Shown: positions 1-8,987 of the stretch, piece by piece
Numbering within the stretch: the first letter of the stretch is position 1
Layout: the number at the start of each line of letters is the position of its first letter
From: Oceanispirochaeta sp.
Lineage (GTDB): Bacteria; Spirochaetota; Spirochaetia; DSM-2461
NCBI GenBank assembly: GCA_963666275.2
Contig: CAXXOA010000002.1
Coordinates: 2,080,001 to 2,144,000 of the forward strand
Length of the DNA stretch: 64,000 nt
Reading direction: 5' to 3'
Position numbers and translations under genes: made by a program
The notes under the pieces: generated by a model
Told to the model about the DNA's origin: nothing
Database searches by the model: none
Seen by the model: only the letters and a program-made list of their open reading frames with translations

Positions 1-475
1 TGGATCCGATGGCGGCCAGATTTTTCACAGTCTCTTTTTCGGGAACAGGAGTCCTTCCGGCACTGCGGCTCAGAATCACAGTCTGGGTTACCCCCGGCAG
101 GGTCAGTTCCTGACCCAGAGCTGCGGCGGAAGCCTGAAAGGAGCTGACTCCGGGGATCACCTCCAGGGCAATTCCCGTTTTCCGGCAGAAATCGATCTGT
201 TCCTGAATGGCGCCGTACACGGAAGGGTCCCCTGTATGGACCCGGGCTATGATTCCTTCGGCAGAGGCATTCTCCCGGTAGACCTCTGTGACCTGTCTGA
301 AATCCATCCCCGCCGAATCGTAGATCCTGGCATCGGAGCGGCAGTATTCCAGAAGGGCCGGATTCACAAGGGAACCCGCCCATATAACGATATCTGCTTT
401 CTGCAGGATTTTATGGCCTTTCAGGGTGATCAGCTCCGGGTCTCCCGGACCGGCCCCGATAAAATATATTTTCAT
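1..475 (-). CDS. cbiF: Precorrin-4/cobalt-precorrin-4 C11-methyltransferase (runs off window)
   Basis: Manual translation MKIYFIGAGPGDPELITLKG...ADIVIYGGSLVN...RVHTGDPSVYGAIQEQ...EVIPGVSSFQASAA; directly downstream of cbiL. Confidence 0.9.
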   Translation of the reverse strand, partial: MKIYFIGAGPGDPELITLKGHKILQKADIVIWAGSLVNPALLEYCRSDARIYDSAGMDFRQVTEVYRENASAEGIIARVHTGDPSVYGAIQEQIDFCRKTGIALEVIPGVSSFQASAAALGQELTLPGVTQTVILSRSAGRTPVPEKETVKNLAAIGS

Positions 476-1207
476 CTAATGTTTCTCCATTCTTGTGGTA
501 ATCAGGGCAGTAGAAAGGTATCCTTCAGTCTCAACAGGCAGATCTTTCAGGCTGGGGTAGAGCTCTTCATCTTCCAGTCCCGCTCTTTTAACCAGAGCCG
601 TCTGATCCGAGAGGCCCAGGGATTCTATTTTACGGCGGAACTCATCCAGCCTGTTGGAAACCTTATAGATCACCACAGTATCAAAGAGTTTAACAAGAGC
701 ATCCAGATCGTCCAGATCCTCAGGCAGGGGAATCAGAGCCAGCTTCTCCCTGCCCAAGAGCAGGGGACGGTTCAGGGCCGCTCCGGCGGCATTCATGGTG
801 GAAATGCCGGGAACCGTTTCTGTTCTGAGGGAAGCACCGGTTTCTGCGAGGGCTTTCTGCAGATAGCTCCAGGTGCTGTAGATCCCAGGATCACCCAGGG
901 TCAGAAAAACTCCCCGGGAGGAGTCAGCCATTTCGCTGATCACTGTCCGGGCCGCGGCCTCCCACTTCTCCTGAAGGGTCTGTCTGTTTTTCGTCATGGG
1001 AAATTCCATTTCCACCACTTTCGCAGGCCTTACGCCGGTTCCCTCCATGATGCTCCGGGCCAGGGAATCCCCCTTCACACGGGCTTTGGGAGTGAAAACC
1101 ACATCCGCTTCTTCTATCAGTTTCAATCCTTTGAGAGTCATCAGTCCGGGATCTCCCGGTCCTATGCCTATCCCCGTCAGCAGGGGGTTCTCTTGCTGGT
1201 TACTCAC
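476..1207 (-). CDS. cbiL: Precorrin-2 C20-methyltransferase
   Basis: GIGIGPGDPGLMTLKG, FPM, LTLGDPGIYST and VPGIST motifs; likely GTG start at 1207 overlapping the cbiD stop. Confidence 0.9.
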   Translation of the reverse strand: MSNQQENPLLTGIGIGPGDPGLMTLKGLKLIEEADVVFTPKARVKGDSLARSIMEGTGVRPAKVVEMEFPMTKNRQTLQEKWEAAARTVISEMADSSRGVFLTLGDPGIYSTWSYLQKALAETGASLRTETVPGISTMNAAGAALNRPLLLGREKLALIPLPEDLDDLDALVKLFDTVVIYKVSNRLDEFRRKIESLGLSDQTALVKRAGLEDEELYPSLKDLPVETEGYLSTALITTRMEKH

Positions 1208-2396
1208 AATTATCCTTATCCTTTTTTTTAAAATGCAGGCAGAGTTGCTCGCTGCCCTCATAGTCACCTGACCATCCCAGAAGCTTACCTTTCAGATCCA
1301 GAGCGGCTGTTTCAATCAGGTCGACAGAGGCACCGCACTCTTTTTCAAGATAGGAGCGGCATCGCTGTTTCGCCCTTTCACAAACCAGAGTAAAGGTCCT
1401 GTCCAGTTTCCACTGTTTCAGCAGAGCCGCTCCTTTTTCCGCCAGAGGTTCGGCCAGGAGTGTTTCTATTTCCACAGGAGTGGCTCCCGCCGCCCCGGCG
1501 CAGGCTGCCAGAGTCTCCATCCGGGCGTCTCCGTAGTCGCAATGGGTCTGAAACAGTCCCGCCGCTACTTTGGTGATCTTTCCTATATGAAGGGGCAGGA
1601 AGATTTTCCGGATTCCCCGTTTCTGCGCCTGCTTCAGGGCAAAGCCTATGAGATCACCCACGGCTACCCAGTCTTCCTCATCAAATCCTTCGGCTGTGAG
1701 AAAGCGTTCTCCCACATAGCCGCTGGCAATGGTAAGGCGATCAGCTCTGCGCGCTGCAGAACGGATTACCATCCCCAGGGTGGCCTGGAAGGCTTTTTCC
1801 GACCGGGGTTCCACGACGCCGCTGGTTCCGATCAGGGATATTCCCCCCCGGACTCCCACCCGGCTGTTCCAGGTTCCGGCGGCAATCTTTTCTCCCTCCG
1901 GGGCGGAGAAGGTTATGGTCACGGCCCTGCCTGAAAGGCCGTGGGCCGAAAGGATCCGATCCGTCTCCTGCAGGATCATCTTCCGGGGGACCGGATTGAT
2001 CGCCGGATTTCCCGGTTTCACAGGCAGTCCTTCTCCTGTCACCCTGCCGATGCCCTCTCCCCCGATGAGGGTTATTTCAGAGCCTTCCGCCCAGGCGGCT
2101 GCGGCGCGGATCTCCATGCCGTTTGTATCATCCCTGTCATCTCCCGAATCCTTGAGAACCGAAGCGCCGGCGCTCCCGTCTCTCTGGATTCCGCTGCTGT
2201 GGAGGGGGATTGTTATCTCTTTTTCACTGAAGGGCTTATTGCTTTTTGGCAGGGTTATTTCAACATCAGATTTTACCTCTCCTGTGATCAGGAGTTCCAG
2301 AGCTGCCGCTGCGGCGGCCTGGGCGGTTGTTCCTGTGGTGTATCCCCGTCGGAGAGTTCCGGCTGTTCCCAGGACCTCTCTGTAATCCGCTGCCAT
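1200..2396 (-). CDS. cbiD: Cobalt-precorrin-5B C1-methyltransferase
   Basis: LRRGYTTGT, KDSGDDRDDT, GGEGIGRVT, AINPVPR and GGISLIGTSG signatures. Confidence 0.95.
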   Translation of the reverse strand: MAADYREVLGTAGTLRRGYTTGTTAQAAAAAALELLITGEVKSDVEITLPKSNKPFSEKEITIPLHSSGIQRDGSAGASVLKDSGDDRDDTNGMEIRAAAAWAEGSEITLIGGEGIGRVTGEGLPVKPGNPAINPVPRKMILQETDRILSAHGLSGRAVTITFSAPEGEKIAAGTWNSRVGVRGGISLIGTSGVVEPRSEKAFQATLGMVIRSAARRADRLTIASGYVGERFLTAEGFDEEDWVAVGDLIGFALKQAQKRGIRKIFLPLHIGKITKVAAGLFQTHCDYGDARMETLAACAGAAGATPVEIETLLAEPLAEKGAALLKQWKLDRTFTLVCERAKQRCRSYLEKECGASVDLIETAALDLKGKLLGWSGDYEGSEQLCLHFKKKDKDNCE

Positions 2397-2402
2397 AGAC
2401 CT

Positions 2403-3050
2403 CTAGTTTTCCTCTTCCTTCACAGCCAGTGCCAGAAGGCCGTTCACTATGGCGGCCGCGATGGTGCTGCCCCCTCTTTCACTGAGGTTTGTAATATGGG
2501 GATAGGGCTTTTCCGCCAGCTCCACTTTGGATTCCAGGGCCCCCACAAAACCGACGGGTACCCCCACAATAAGGGCCGGTTTCACCTCGCCCGCATCGAC
2601 CATTTTCATTAGCTGAAACAGGGCGGTCGGAGCATTTCCAATGGCAATGACCGCGCCGTTCAGGAGGCTTCCCGCTTTTTCCATAGCCAGAGCGGAGCGG
2701 GTTGTGTTTTTTCCTTTTACAGCTTCCACAACCTCAGGATCATTCAGAAAACAGTAGTCCTTTCCTCCCAGATCCTTCAGAAGATTTTTCCGGACACCCG
2801 TGCGGACCATCTCCACATCTGTTATGACGGGAGCGCCTTTTTTCAGTGCCTCCACGCCCTGAACCACCGCTTCCTCTGTCAGGTTGAAGGTTTTGGCAAA
2901 CTCCACATCTCCTGTGGTATGGGCTATCCTTATCACTATTTCCATGACTTCCGGCGGAGCGGTGTAGTCTCCCAGCCTGTCCTGAATAATGGCAAAACTT
3001 TTATTGGTAATCTGCTGCCCGCTCATGGGGGTGTTCTGGTTCGTACTCAT
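2403..3050 (-). CDS. cbiC: Precorrin-8X methylmutase
   Basis: RIAHTTGD, TRSA, IGNAPTAL, GVPVGFVGALESK, GGSTIAAAIVN. Confidence 0.95.
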   Translation of the reverse strand: MSTNQNTPMSGQQITNKSFAIIQDRLGDYTAPPEVMEIVIRIAHTTGDVEFAKTFNLTEEAVVQGVEALKKGAPVITDVEMVRTGVRKNLLKDLGGKDYCFLNDPEVVEAVKGKNTTRSALAMEKAGSLLNGAVIAIGNAPTALFQLMKMVDAGEVKPALIVGVPVGFVGALESKVELAEKPYPHITNLSERGGSTIAAAIVNGLLALAVKEEEN

Positions 3051-3064
3051 TATCTCTTTCCTTA

Positions 3065-4465
3065 TCAAGTATTTGTGTAGTCCCTGCAGGCCTGAATAAA
3101 CCGGTCGGCAATTTCAGGATGGGATGCCAGATGCATATGCATATAGGAGGCCCAGGTATTCTCGGTATAGAACCCGTCCTGCATTCCCTTTACCGCGGCA
3201 TCTCCCTCTTTTTCCAGATCCATCACATAGGGCAGGGCAGGGCTTTTTTTTTCGATCGAAGACCAGTGAAAGATATGGCCTGTTATCTCTTCTCCCGCCG
3301 GGCCCATCCAGCTTTTCCGCTTTGTGGTTCCCTTGTAGTATCCCAGGGCGCGGAGCCCCTTTTTCATAACTGTTGAAGCCGGGAAGACCCCTGTCATTTT
3401 AAAAGGCTTTCCGTCAAAGCCTGTAATGCTTTCGGTCAGATACATAAGACCGCCGCACTCCCCCCACAGAGGCATACCCTGCAACGAGGCCTCTCTGACC
3501 GCCCGGCGCATGGAACTGTTCTGTTCCAGCTCCTCTCCATGGAGTTCCGGGTAACCGCCCCCCAGGTAGATCCCCTGAGTTCCCTCGGGGAGTTCCCTGT
3601 CTTTCAGGGGGCTGAACGGAACCAGTTCGGCACCCCGGCTGGACAGAAAATCCAGATTATCCTGATAGTAGAAATGAAAAGCCCTGTCCCAGGCATAGGC
3701 GATGCGGACTGTTTTTTCCGGTTTTTCCTCCCCTGTGAAGAGAGAGGGTGTATACGCCGGCAGGGGAGGAGCCGACAAGGCTGTCTCCCGGAGCTTATCA
3801 ATATCCACTGAATCCCGGATGATGGGAGCTGTCCTGTCAAAAAAGTCCAGGATCTCATCTTTTTCCCAGGCCGGTATCAGTCCCAGATGCCGTTCGGGCA
3901 TAACCAGGGATTCATTCTTTGGTATGGCTCCCAGGACAGGCAGGCCTGTGGCGTTTTCGACAGCCTGACGCACCATCCTCTCATGACGGGGGCTGGCAAC
4001 GCGGTTCAGAATAAATCCTTTCAGGGAAAGATTTTTATCGAACTCCCTGTACCCCAGGGCTATGGCTCCGGCCGAGCGGGCCATGGCCTTCACATCCAGC
4101 AGGAGAACCGCGGGGGAGTCGAGGATTTTAGCAAGATGGGCCGTACTGCCCCTCTCATCCAGACCGTCCGAACCGTCATAGAGACCCATCACACCCTCTA
4201 TTAAGGAAAGATCCGCCTGGCTAGAGTGCCTGTCGAAGAGCTCCCGGACCTTCTGGCTGCTGATCAGCCTGGTATCCAGGTTTCTGCTGATCCTTCCGCA
4301 GGCCAGTGAGTGATAGGAGGGGTCTATGTAGTCGGGGCCGCATTTGAAGGGCTGGACCCGCTCGCCCCGGTCAGTCAGAATCCTGCCCAGCAGGGTGGTG
4401 AACAGGGTTTTTCCCGTTCCCGAAGTAGCGGCACCTATGGTTAATCTGGGTCTGTTTTCTGACAT
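3065..4465 (-). CDS. cbiA: Cobyrinate a,c-diamide synthase
   Basis: SGTGKT P-loop, FKCGPDYID, EGVMGLYDG, ERHLGL, GATase motif GECGG. Confidence 0.95.
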   Translation of the reverse strand: MSENRPRLTIGAATSGTGKTLFTTLLGRILTDRGERVQPFKCGPDYIDPSYHSLACGRISRNLDTRLISSQKVRELFDRHSSQADLSLIEGVMGLYDGSDGLDERGSTAHLAKILDSPAVLLLDVKAMARSAGAIALGYREFDKNLSLKGFILNRVASPRHERMVRQAVENATGLPVLGAIPKNESLVMPERHLGLIPAWEKDEILDFFDRTAPIIRDSVDIDKLRETALSAPPLPAYTPSLFTGEEKPEKTVRIAYAWDRAFHFYYQDNLDFLSSRGAELVPFSPLKDRELPEGTQGIYLGGGYPELHGEELEQNSSMRRAVREASLQGMPLWGECGGLMYLTESITGFDGKPFKMTGVFPASTVMKKGLRALGYYKGTTKRKSWMGPAGEEITGHIFHWSSIEKKSPALPYVMDLEKEGDAAVKGMQDGFYTENTWASYMHMHLASHPEIADRFIQACRDYTNT

Positions 4466-4636
4466 GAAAGATGGATCTCCTAGGGCTTTTACTAAACGAT
4501 GGAATAGATTTTTTGTCAATTTAAGTTCTCTTTTTCAGTGGAGAAATCCAAAAAATCCATAAAATACTCCAAAAATATTCAAATTATTCCTATAGACAGG
4601 TTCACACTATCAGGGCTAATCTTATGAATATATTCA

Positions 4637-4795
4637 GTCTGTTGTGAGCTTTGGGCAGAACCCTGCCACGAGCCTTAAAAGGGGAATCCGGTGAAAATCC
4701 GGAACGATCCCGTCACTGTGAGCCGTAAGAGTGTCCTTCCGGTAAGTCAGAGAACCTGCTGCAGACCGCATAATAACGATCTTCGAGGAAAGAGT
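4637..4795 (+). ncRNA. Cobalamin (B12) riboswitch
   Basis: Conserved blocks AAAAGGGGAATCCGGTGAAAATCCGGAACG-CCCGTCACTGT and the B12 box AAGTCAGAGAACCTGC upstream of cbiK/btu-like genes. Confidence 0.9.
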
Positions 4796-4862
4796 GTTAT
4801 TAAATTTCGGATTTTAAACCCGGATTTTTACCGCGCTTCCCCGATTTACAGGGAGAAATCAC

Positions 4863-5732
4863 ATGAAAAAAATGAGAATCACAGGAGCCGCAGCTCTCCT
4901 GGCAGTCATTGCCGTCCTTTTCGGCGGATGCCGGAGTACCGCAGGAGACGCAGACCGGGATCGGCCCACCATTGTGGTAGCCGCTTTCGGCAGCAGCTAC
5001 GAGACAGGTCAGAAAAATCTGGAGGATTTTGATAAAGCCCTCCGGGCGGCCTATCCGGAGAATGAGATCACCTGGGGATTTACCGCCGGCTTTATTGTGA
5101 AAAAGCTCAGAAAGAACGGAGTGGAGACACTCTTTGAATCCCATGTTCCTGTCAGGCATATCAGCGAGACCCTGGCGGATCTGGCGGCAGAAGGCAGAAG
5201 AGATATAGTTGTTGTGAACTTCATGCTCATGGTGGGCGCCGAATACAGAGAAGTTATGGATCAGCCCACCAAAGGGCTCAATGTGAAGTATGTTCATCCG
5301 CTGCTCTACTATCCTGAAAATATCCAGAATGCCGTAAGCGCACTGGAAAGCGAGTTCGGAGGGCCCGGAGAAGCCACGATTGTATGCGCCCATGGAAATG
5401 AAAAGCATCCCGAATACAACGCTGAACTGATACAGATCGATAATTACCTGAGAGAGAATTACAGCAATGCCTATGTGGCTGTTATGGAGGGGACTCCCGC
5501 TTTTGAACCGGTCAGAGAGAGCATTGCCGCCTCAGATGTGGAGAGTGTGAAATACATTGCCTTTATGCTGACCTACGGCGACCATATGTCCAACGATGTG
5601 ATGGGGGAGGACGCGGATTCCATGAAGTCCAGAATCGGTCTGCCCGGAGAAAGCTCCGACGGCATGGCCAGCCTTCCGGGGATCCAGAACCTTTTTATAC
5701 AGAAAATTGATACGGCTCTGAAGCAGTTCTGA
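4863..5732 (+). CDS. cbiK: Sirohydrochlorin cobaltochelatase CbiK, lipoprotein (periplasmic type)
   Basis: AAFGSS, AHG, MEG and GDHMSND metal-ligand motifs; N-terminal signal with lipobox LFGG-C. Confidence 0.85.
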   Translation: MKKMRITGAAALLAVIAVLFGGCRSTAGDADRDRPTIVVAAFGSSYETGQKNLEDFDKALRAAYPENEITWGFTAGFIVKKLRKNGVETLFESHVPVRHISETLADLAAEGRRDIVVVNFMLMVGAEYREVMDQPTKGLNVKYVHPLLYYPENIQNAVSALESEFGGPGEATIVCAHGNEKHPEYNAELIQIDNYLRENYSNAYVAVMEGTPAFEPVRESIAASDVESVKYIAFMLTYGDHMSNDVMGEDADSMKSRIGLPGESSDGMASLPGIQNLFIQKIDTALKQF

Positions 5733-5757
5733 TATGAGACTGAAAGGAAAGGTTCCC

Positions 5758-6795
5758 ATGAGAAGAATCCCTCTATTTCTGCTGTTTCTGGCACTTTCTC
5801 CTCTCTTCGCAGAGGGGCAGACCGAGCCGGCTGTTCGGGAAAACCCGGCCCCTGTCCGTACCTTCCGGGACGGCAAAGGCAGCGAGGTCGCTGTTCCGGG
5901 GGAGATCAAGCGGATCATTGTTCTCAATTCAGGTCTGTCTTCCCTTCTGGCGGCATTGGATCAGACCCACAGGATTGTAGGGCGGGACTCTTTTTCAACC
6001 TTTCCTTCCTCCCTCCGTTCCGCAATGGTGGTGGGAAAAAGTTCGGCCTATCCCAATCTGGAACTCATTCTGGCTCAGAAACCCGACCTTGTCCTGGCGG
6101 ATGCCATGTTTGATGAGAGTATCTCGGAAAAACTGAAGGCCCTGGGGATTCCGGTTCTGATTGAAGCCACCAGCGACCCCCAGGGAACCCGGGATCTGCT
6201 TACCCGGTACGGAGACCTGCTGGGATGCTCCGACAGGGCCGATCAGATCATACAGGAACTGGACCTGGCGGATGCCCGCCTGGCCCGTCTGATCTCCCGG
6301 GCACAGGCCGGGGGAGAAGACGCACCGAAAGTTTTTTTTGAAAGTAGAAAGAATTATAAATCCACCTCGGCAAAATCACCCACCCATCAGTACCTGGCTC
6401 TCAGCGGTGGGATCAACATTGCCGCGGAAGAGGGGGTAAGTTCTCCCACTCTGAGCCCCGAGTTCATTGTAACAGGGGATCCGGATGTGATCATCCGGAG
6501 GGTCAGCGGGGATCTGACTGAAGCGACCATGGCGTCCATGCGGGAGAATATCCTGAACCGTCCGGGCCTGAGCACTACCTCGGCCGTCCGGGACCGGAGG
6601 GTTCATATTATCAAGGCCGACCTTTTCCTCACGGTCCGGTATCCGGCGGCCCTTTACTATCACGCGTCCTGGTTCTATCCTGAAACCTTCAGGGATGCCG
6701 ACCCGGATGATTTTAACAGGGAGTGGACCGACTTCCTTTTTGGAGAAGGGGCATTTGAAAGCACAAAAGAATCCTACACATACTCCGGTGAATGA
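5758..6795 (+). CDS. ABC substrate-binding protein (BtuF/FepB-like; cobalamin or iron chelate)
   Basis: Signal peptide; PNLELILAQKPDLVL, SPEFIVTGDPDVII, AVRDRRVH. Confidence 0.85.
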   Translation: MRRIPLFLLFLALSPLFAEGQTEPAVRENPAPVRTFRDGKGSEVAVPGEIKRIIVLNSGLSSLLAALDQTHRIVGRDSFSTFPSSLRSAMVVGKSSAYPNLELILAQKPDLVLADAMFDESISEKLKALGIPVLIEATSDPQGTRDLLTRYGDLLGCSDRADQIIQELDLADARLARLISRAQAGGEDAPKVFFESRKNYKSTSAKSPTHQYLALSGGINIAAEEGVSSPTLSPEFIVTGDPDVIIRRVSGDLTEATMASMRENILNRPGLSTTSAVRDRRVHIIKADLFLTVRYPAALYYHASWFYPETFRDADPDDFNREWTDFLFGEGAFESTKESYTYSGE

Positions 6796-7861
6796 ATCTC
6801 TCCACCAGAACCGCTGGCAGAAAAGCAGGATAAAAAATCTTATCCTGCTTTTTCTGTTATTCACAGCCGCGGCAGGTATCTTCCTTTTCAGTATTATGAC
6901 GGGGTCCGCAGGTATTTCCGCAAAGGACGTGGTTCTGACACTACTTCAGGGACCCGGTCCTTCCGACACCGGAGGAGCAGACCCTGTGATTCACAGCATC
7001 ATCTGGTCTCTCCGCCTTCCCCGGGTTCTCATGTCCCTTCTCTGCGGTGCGGGGCTGGGGATTGCCGGGGCGGCTATGCAGGGAATCCTGCGGAATCCTC
7101 TGGCCAGTCCCTATACCCTGGGAATCTCTTCTGCCGCGGGATTCGGCGCGTCTCTGGCAATCGTTCTGGATGTGGGGGCCATCTCTTTTATTTCCGCCTC
7201 GGGCTACGGCTTTATCATATCCAACTCTTTTCTGTTCTCCCTCCTGGATCTGGGGCTTGTCCTTTTCATCAGCCGCATCCGGGGATTCCGGGCCAGCACC
7301 ATGATCCTCAGCGGGATCTCTCTTATGTATCTGTTTTCCGCCGGAACCTCACTGCTTCAGTATCTTGCCACCAGTGACCAGCTTGCCCGGATTGTATTCT
7401 GGCTTATGGGAAGCCTTATGTCTGTGAGCTGGCATCAGCTGACAATCATTGCCCTGTTTTTTCTGATCCTGTTTCCAGTGCTTATGCGGCTCTCCTGGAG
7501 TCTGAACATCCTCTCCTGCGGAGAAGAGGTGGCCCAGAGCCTGGGAGTCCATCCCCGGTTTGTGATGGTCGCCACTGCACTGGTGGCTTCCCTTATGACG
7601 GCGGCCCTTGTCAGCTTCTGCGGTGTCATCGGATTTATCGGCCTGGTGGCGCCCCATATCGTCCGGCTGCTATTCGGCAGTGATCACAGGCTGCTGCTGC
7701 CGGCATCCGCCCTGAGCGGCGCTTTTCTGCTGGCTTTTGCAGATACCCTGGCCAGAACGGCCCTGTCTCCCATGGAGCTTCCCATCGGGGTTATCACCTC
7801 CTTTATCGGGGTGCCGTTTTTCATATCCATTCTGGTCAGCCGGAAGGGGAGTCCCGAATGA
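6788..7861 (+). CDS. ABC permease, BtuC/FecCD family
   Basis: LRLPR, MQGILRNPLASPYTLGISS, GVIGFIGLVAPHIVR, ELPIGVITS. Confidence 0.92.
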   Translation: MNESLHQNRWQKSRIKNLILLFLLFTAAAGIFLFSIMTGSAGISAKDVVLTLLQGPGPSDTGGADPVIHSIIWSLRLPRVLMSLLCGAGLGIAGAAMQGILRNPLASPYTLGISSAAGFGASLAIVLDVGAISFISASGYGFIISNSFLFSLLDLGLVLFISRIRGFRASTMILSGISLMYLFSAGTSLLQYLATSDQLARIVFWLMGSLMSVSWHQLTIIALFFLILFPVLMRLSWSLNILSCGEEVAQSLGVHPRFVMVATALVASLMTAALVSFCGVIGFIGLVAPHIVRLLFGSDHRLLLPASALSGAFLLAFADTLARTALSPMELPIGVITSFIGVPFFISILVSRKGSPE

Positions 7862-8634
7862 AGCTTTCCGTGAATAATCTGAATTTTTCCTTCCCCAGAC
7901 GGGATGTCCTGAAAGGGATCTCCCTGGAGGTGGATTCTCCCGGCATCATCGGCCTGATAGGGGAAAACGGTTCGGGAAAATCCACTCTGATCCGCTGCCT
8001 CTGCGGGTTAAACACTATAGGGGACAACTCTGTTCTCTATGACGGCAGGGACCTCAACCATACGGCGATCCGCAAAAGGGCCTACCAGTTCGCCTATGTT
8101 CCCCAGAGGACCCTCTACAATCCGGAGATGGTGGTGTACGACTATCTGATTATGGGGCGCAAGCCCTTCTTTCAGTGGAAGGCGGAACAGAAGGACCTGG
8201 AGATCGTGGATCATGTGATCCGGATTTTCCGTCTCGATACCTATGCTTTCCGCAGGATGGGATCCCTCAGCGGAGGGGAGATGCAGAAAATCCTGATCGC
8301 CAGGAGTTTCGTCCAGGATACACCGGTGATCTATCTGGACGAACCGACCAACAACCTGGATATCCGCTATCAGCTGGAACTGATGCACCTGCTCCGGGAA
8401 AGGAGCCGACAGGCCGGAACCATCATTCTGATGGCGGTGCATGATCTGAATCTGGCCTACAGGTTCTGTGACAGGCTGTGCCTTATGCATGAGGGAAGGA
8501 TCTTTGCCGAAGGGGTCCCGGAGGAAGTTCTGACCGAAGAGAATCTTTCAGAGGCCATGGGAGTCCGCTGCTCCCTGGAACAGGGGGATAATCACAGGTT
8601 TATCTATCCTCTGGACAGTTTATCCGGCATATAA
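7858..8634 (+). CDS. ABC ATP-binding protein, BtuD/FecE family
   Basis: GENGSGKST, LSGGEMQK, LDEPT, HDLNLA. Confidence 0.93.
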   Translation: MKLSVNNLNFSFPRRDVLKGISLEVDSPGIIGLIGENGSGKSTLIRCLCGLNTIGDNSVLYDGRDLNHTAIRKRAYQFAYVPQRTLYNPEMVVYDYLIMGRKPFFQWKAEQKDLEIVDHVIRIFRLDTYAFRRMGSLSGGEMQKILIARSFVQDTPVIYLDEPTNNLDIRYQLELMHLLRERSRQAGTIILMAVHDLNLAYRFCDRLCLMHEGRIFAEGVPEEVLTEENLSEAMGVRCSLEQGDNHRFIYPLDSLSGI

Positions 8635-8701
8635 TGGCATCTTCTCCTTCTCTGCCTTAGCATTTAACGGGTGAATCTATCCAAAGGAGGGGAGGGGGAC
8701 T

Positions 8702-8936
8702 GTGGAAAAAATATCCCTGAATATCACAATTGATGCGCAGAAGCAGAGCGTCTGGTCAGTCATAACAGATATTGAGAATTCGGTTCATACGATCAAGGGG
8801 ATTAAAAAGATTGAAATCCTTGAAAAGGGGAATGAAGATCATGAACTTCCTTGTAGGGTGGATGTTCAAAAATGCCACCATTAAAGCCCTGCGGTCGGAT
8901 CTCGAGGATATTAAAGAAGCTGTAGAAAAGGACTGA
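8702..8936 (+). pseudogene. SRPBCC (START-like) family protein remnant with internal deletion and frameshift
   Basis: N-terminus ...ITIDAQKQSVWSVITDIENS...IKKIEILEK joins out of frame to a C-terminus GMKIMNFLVGWMFKNATIKALRSDLEDIKEAVEKD*; the middle of the domain is missing. Confidence 0.7.
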
Positions 8937-8985
8937 TCCGGAAAGGGGGAGTACGCCGGAACAGATGAATCTCCCCTTTCCGGAT
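8936..8985. terminator. Inverted-repeat hairpin between convergent genes
   Basis: ATCCGGAAAGGGG...CCCCTTTCCGGAT. Confidence 0.55.
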
Positions 8986-8987
8986 TA

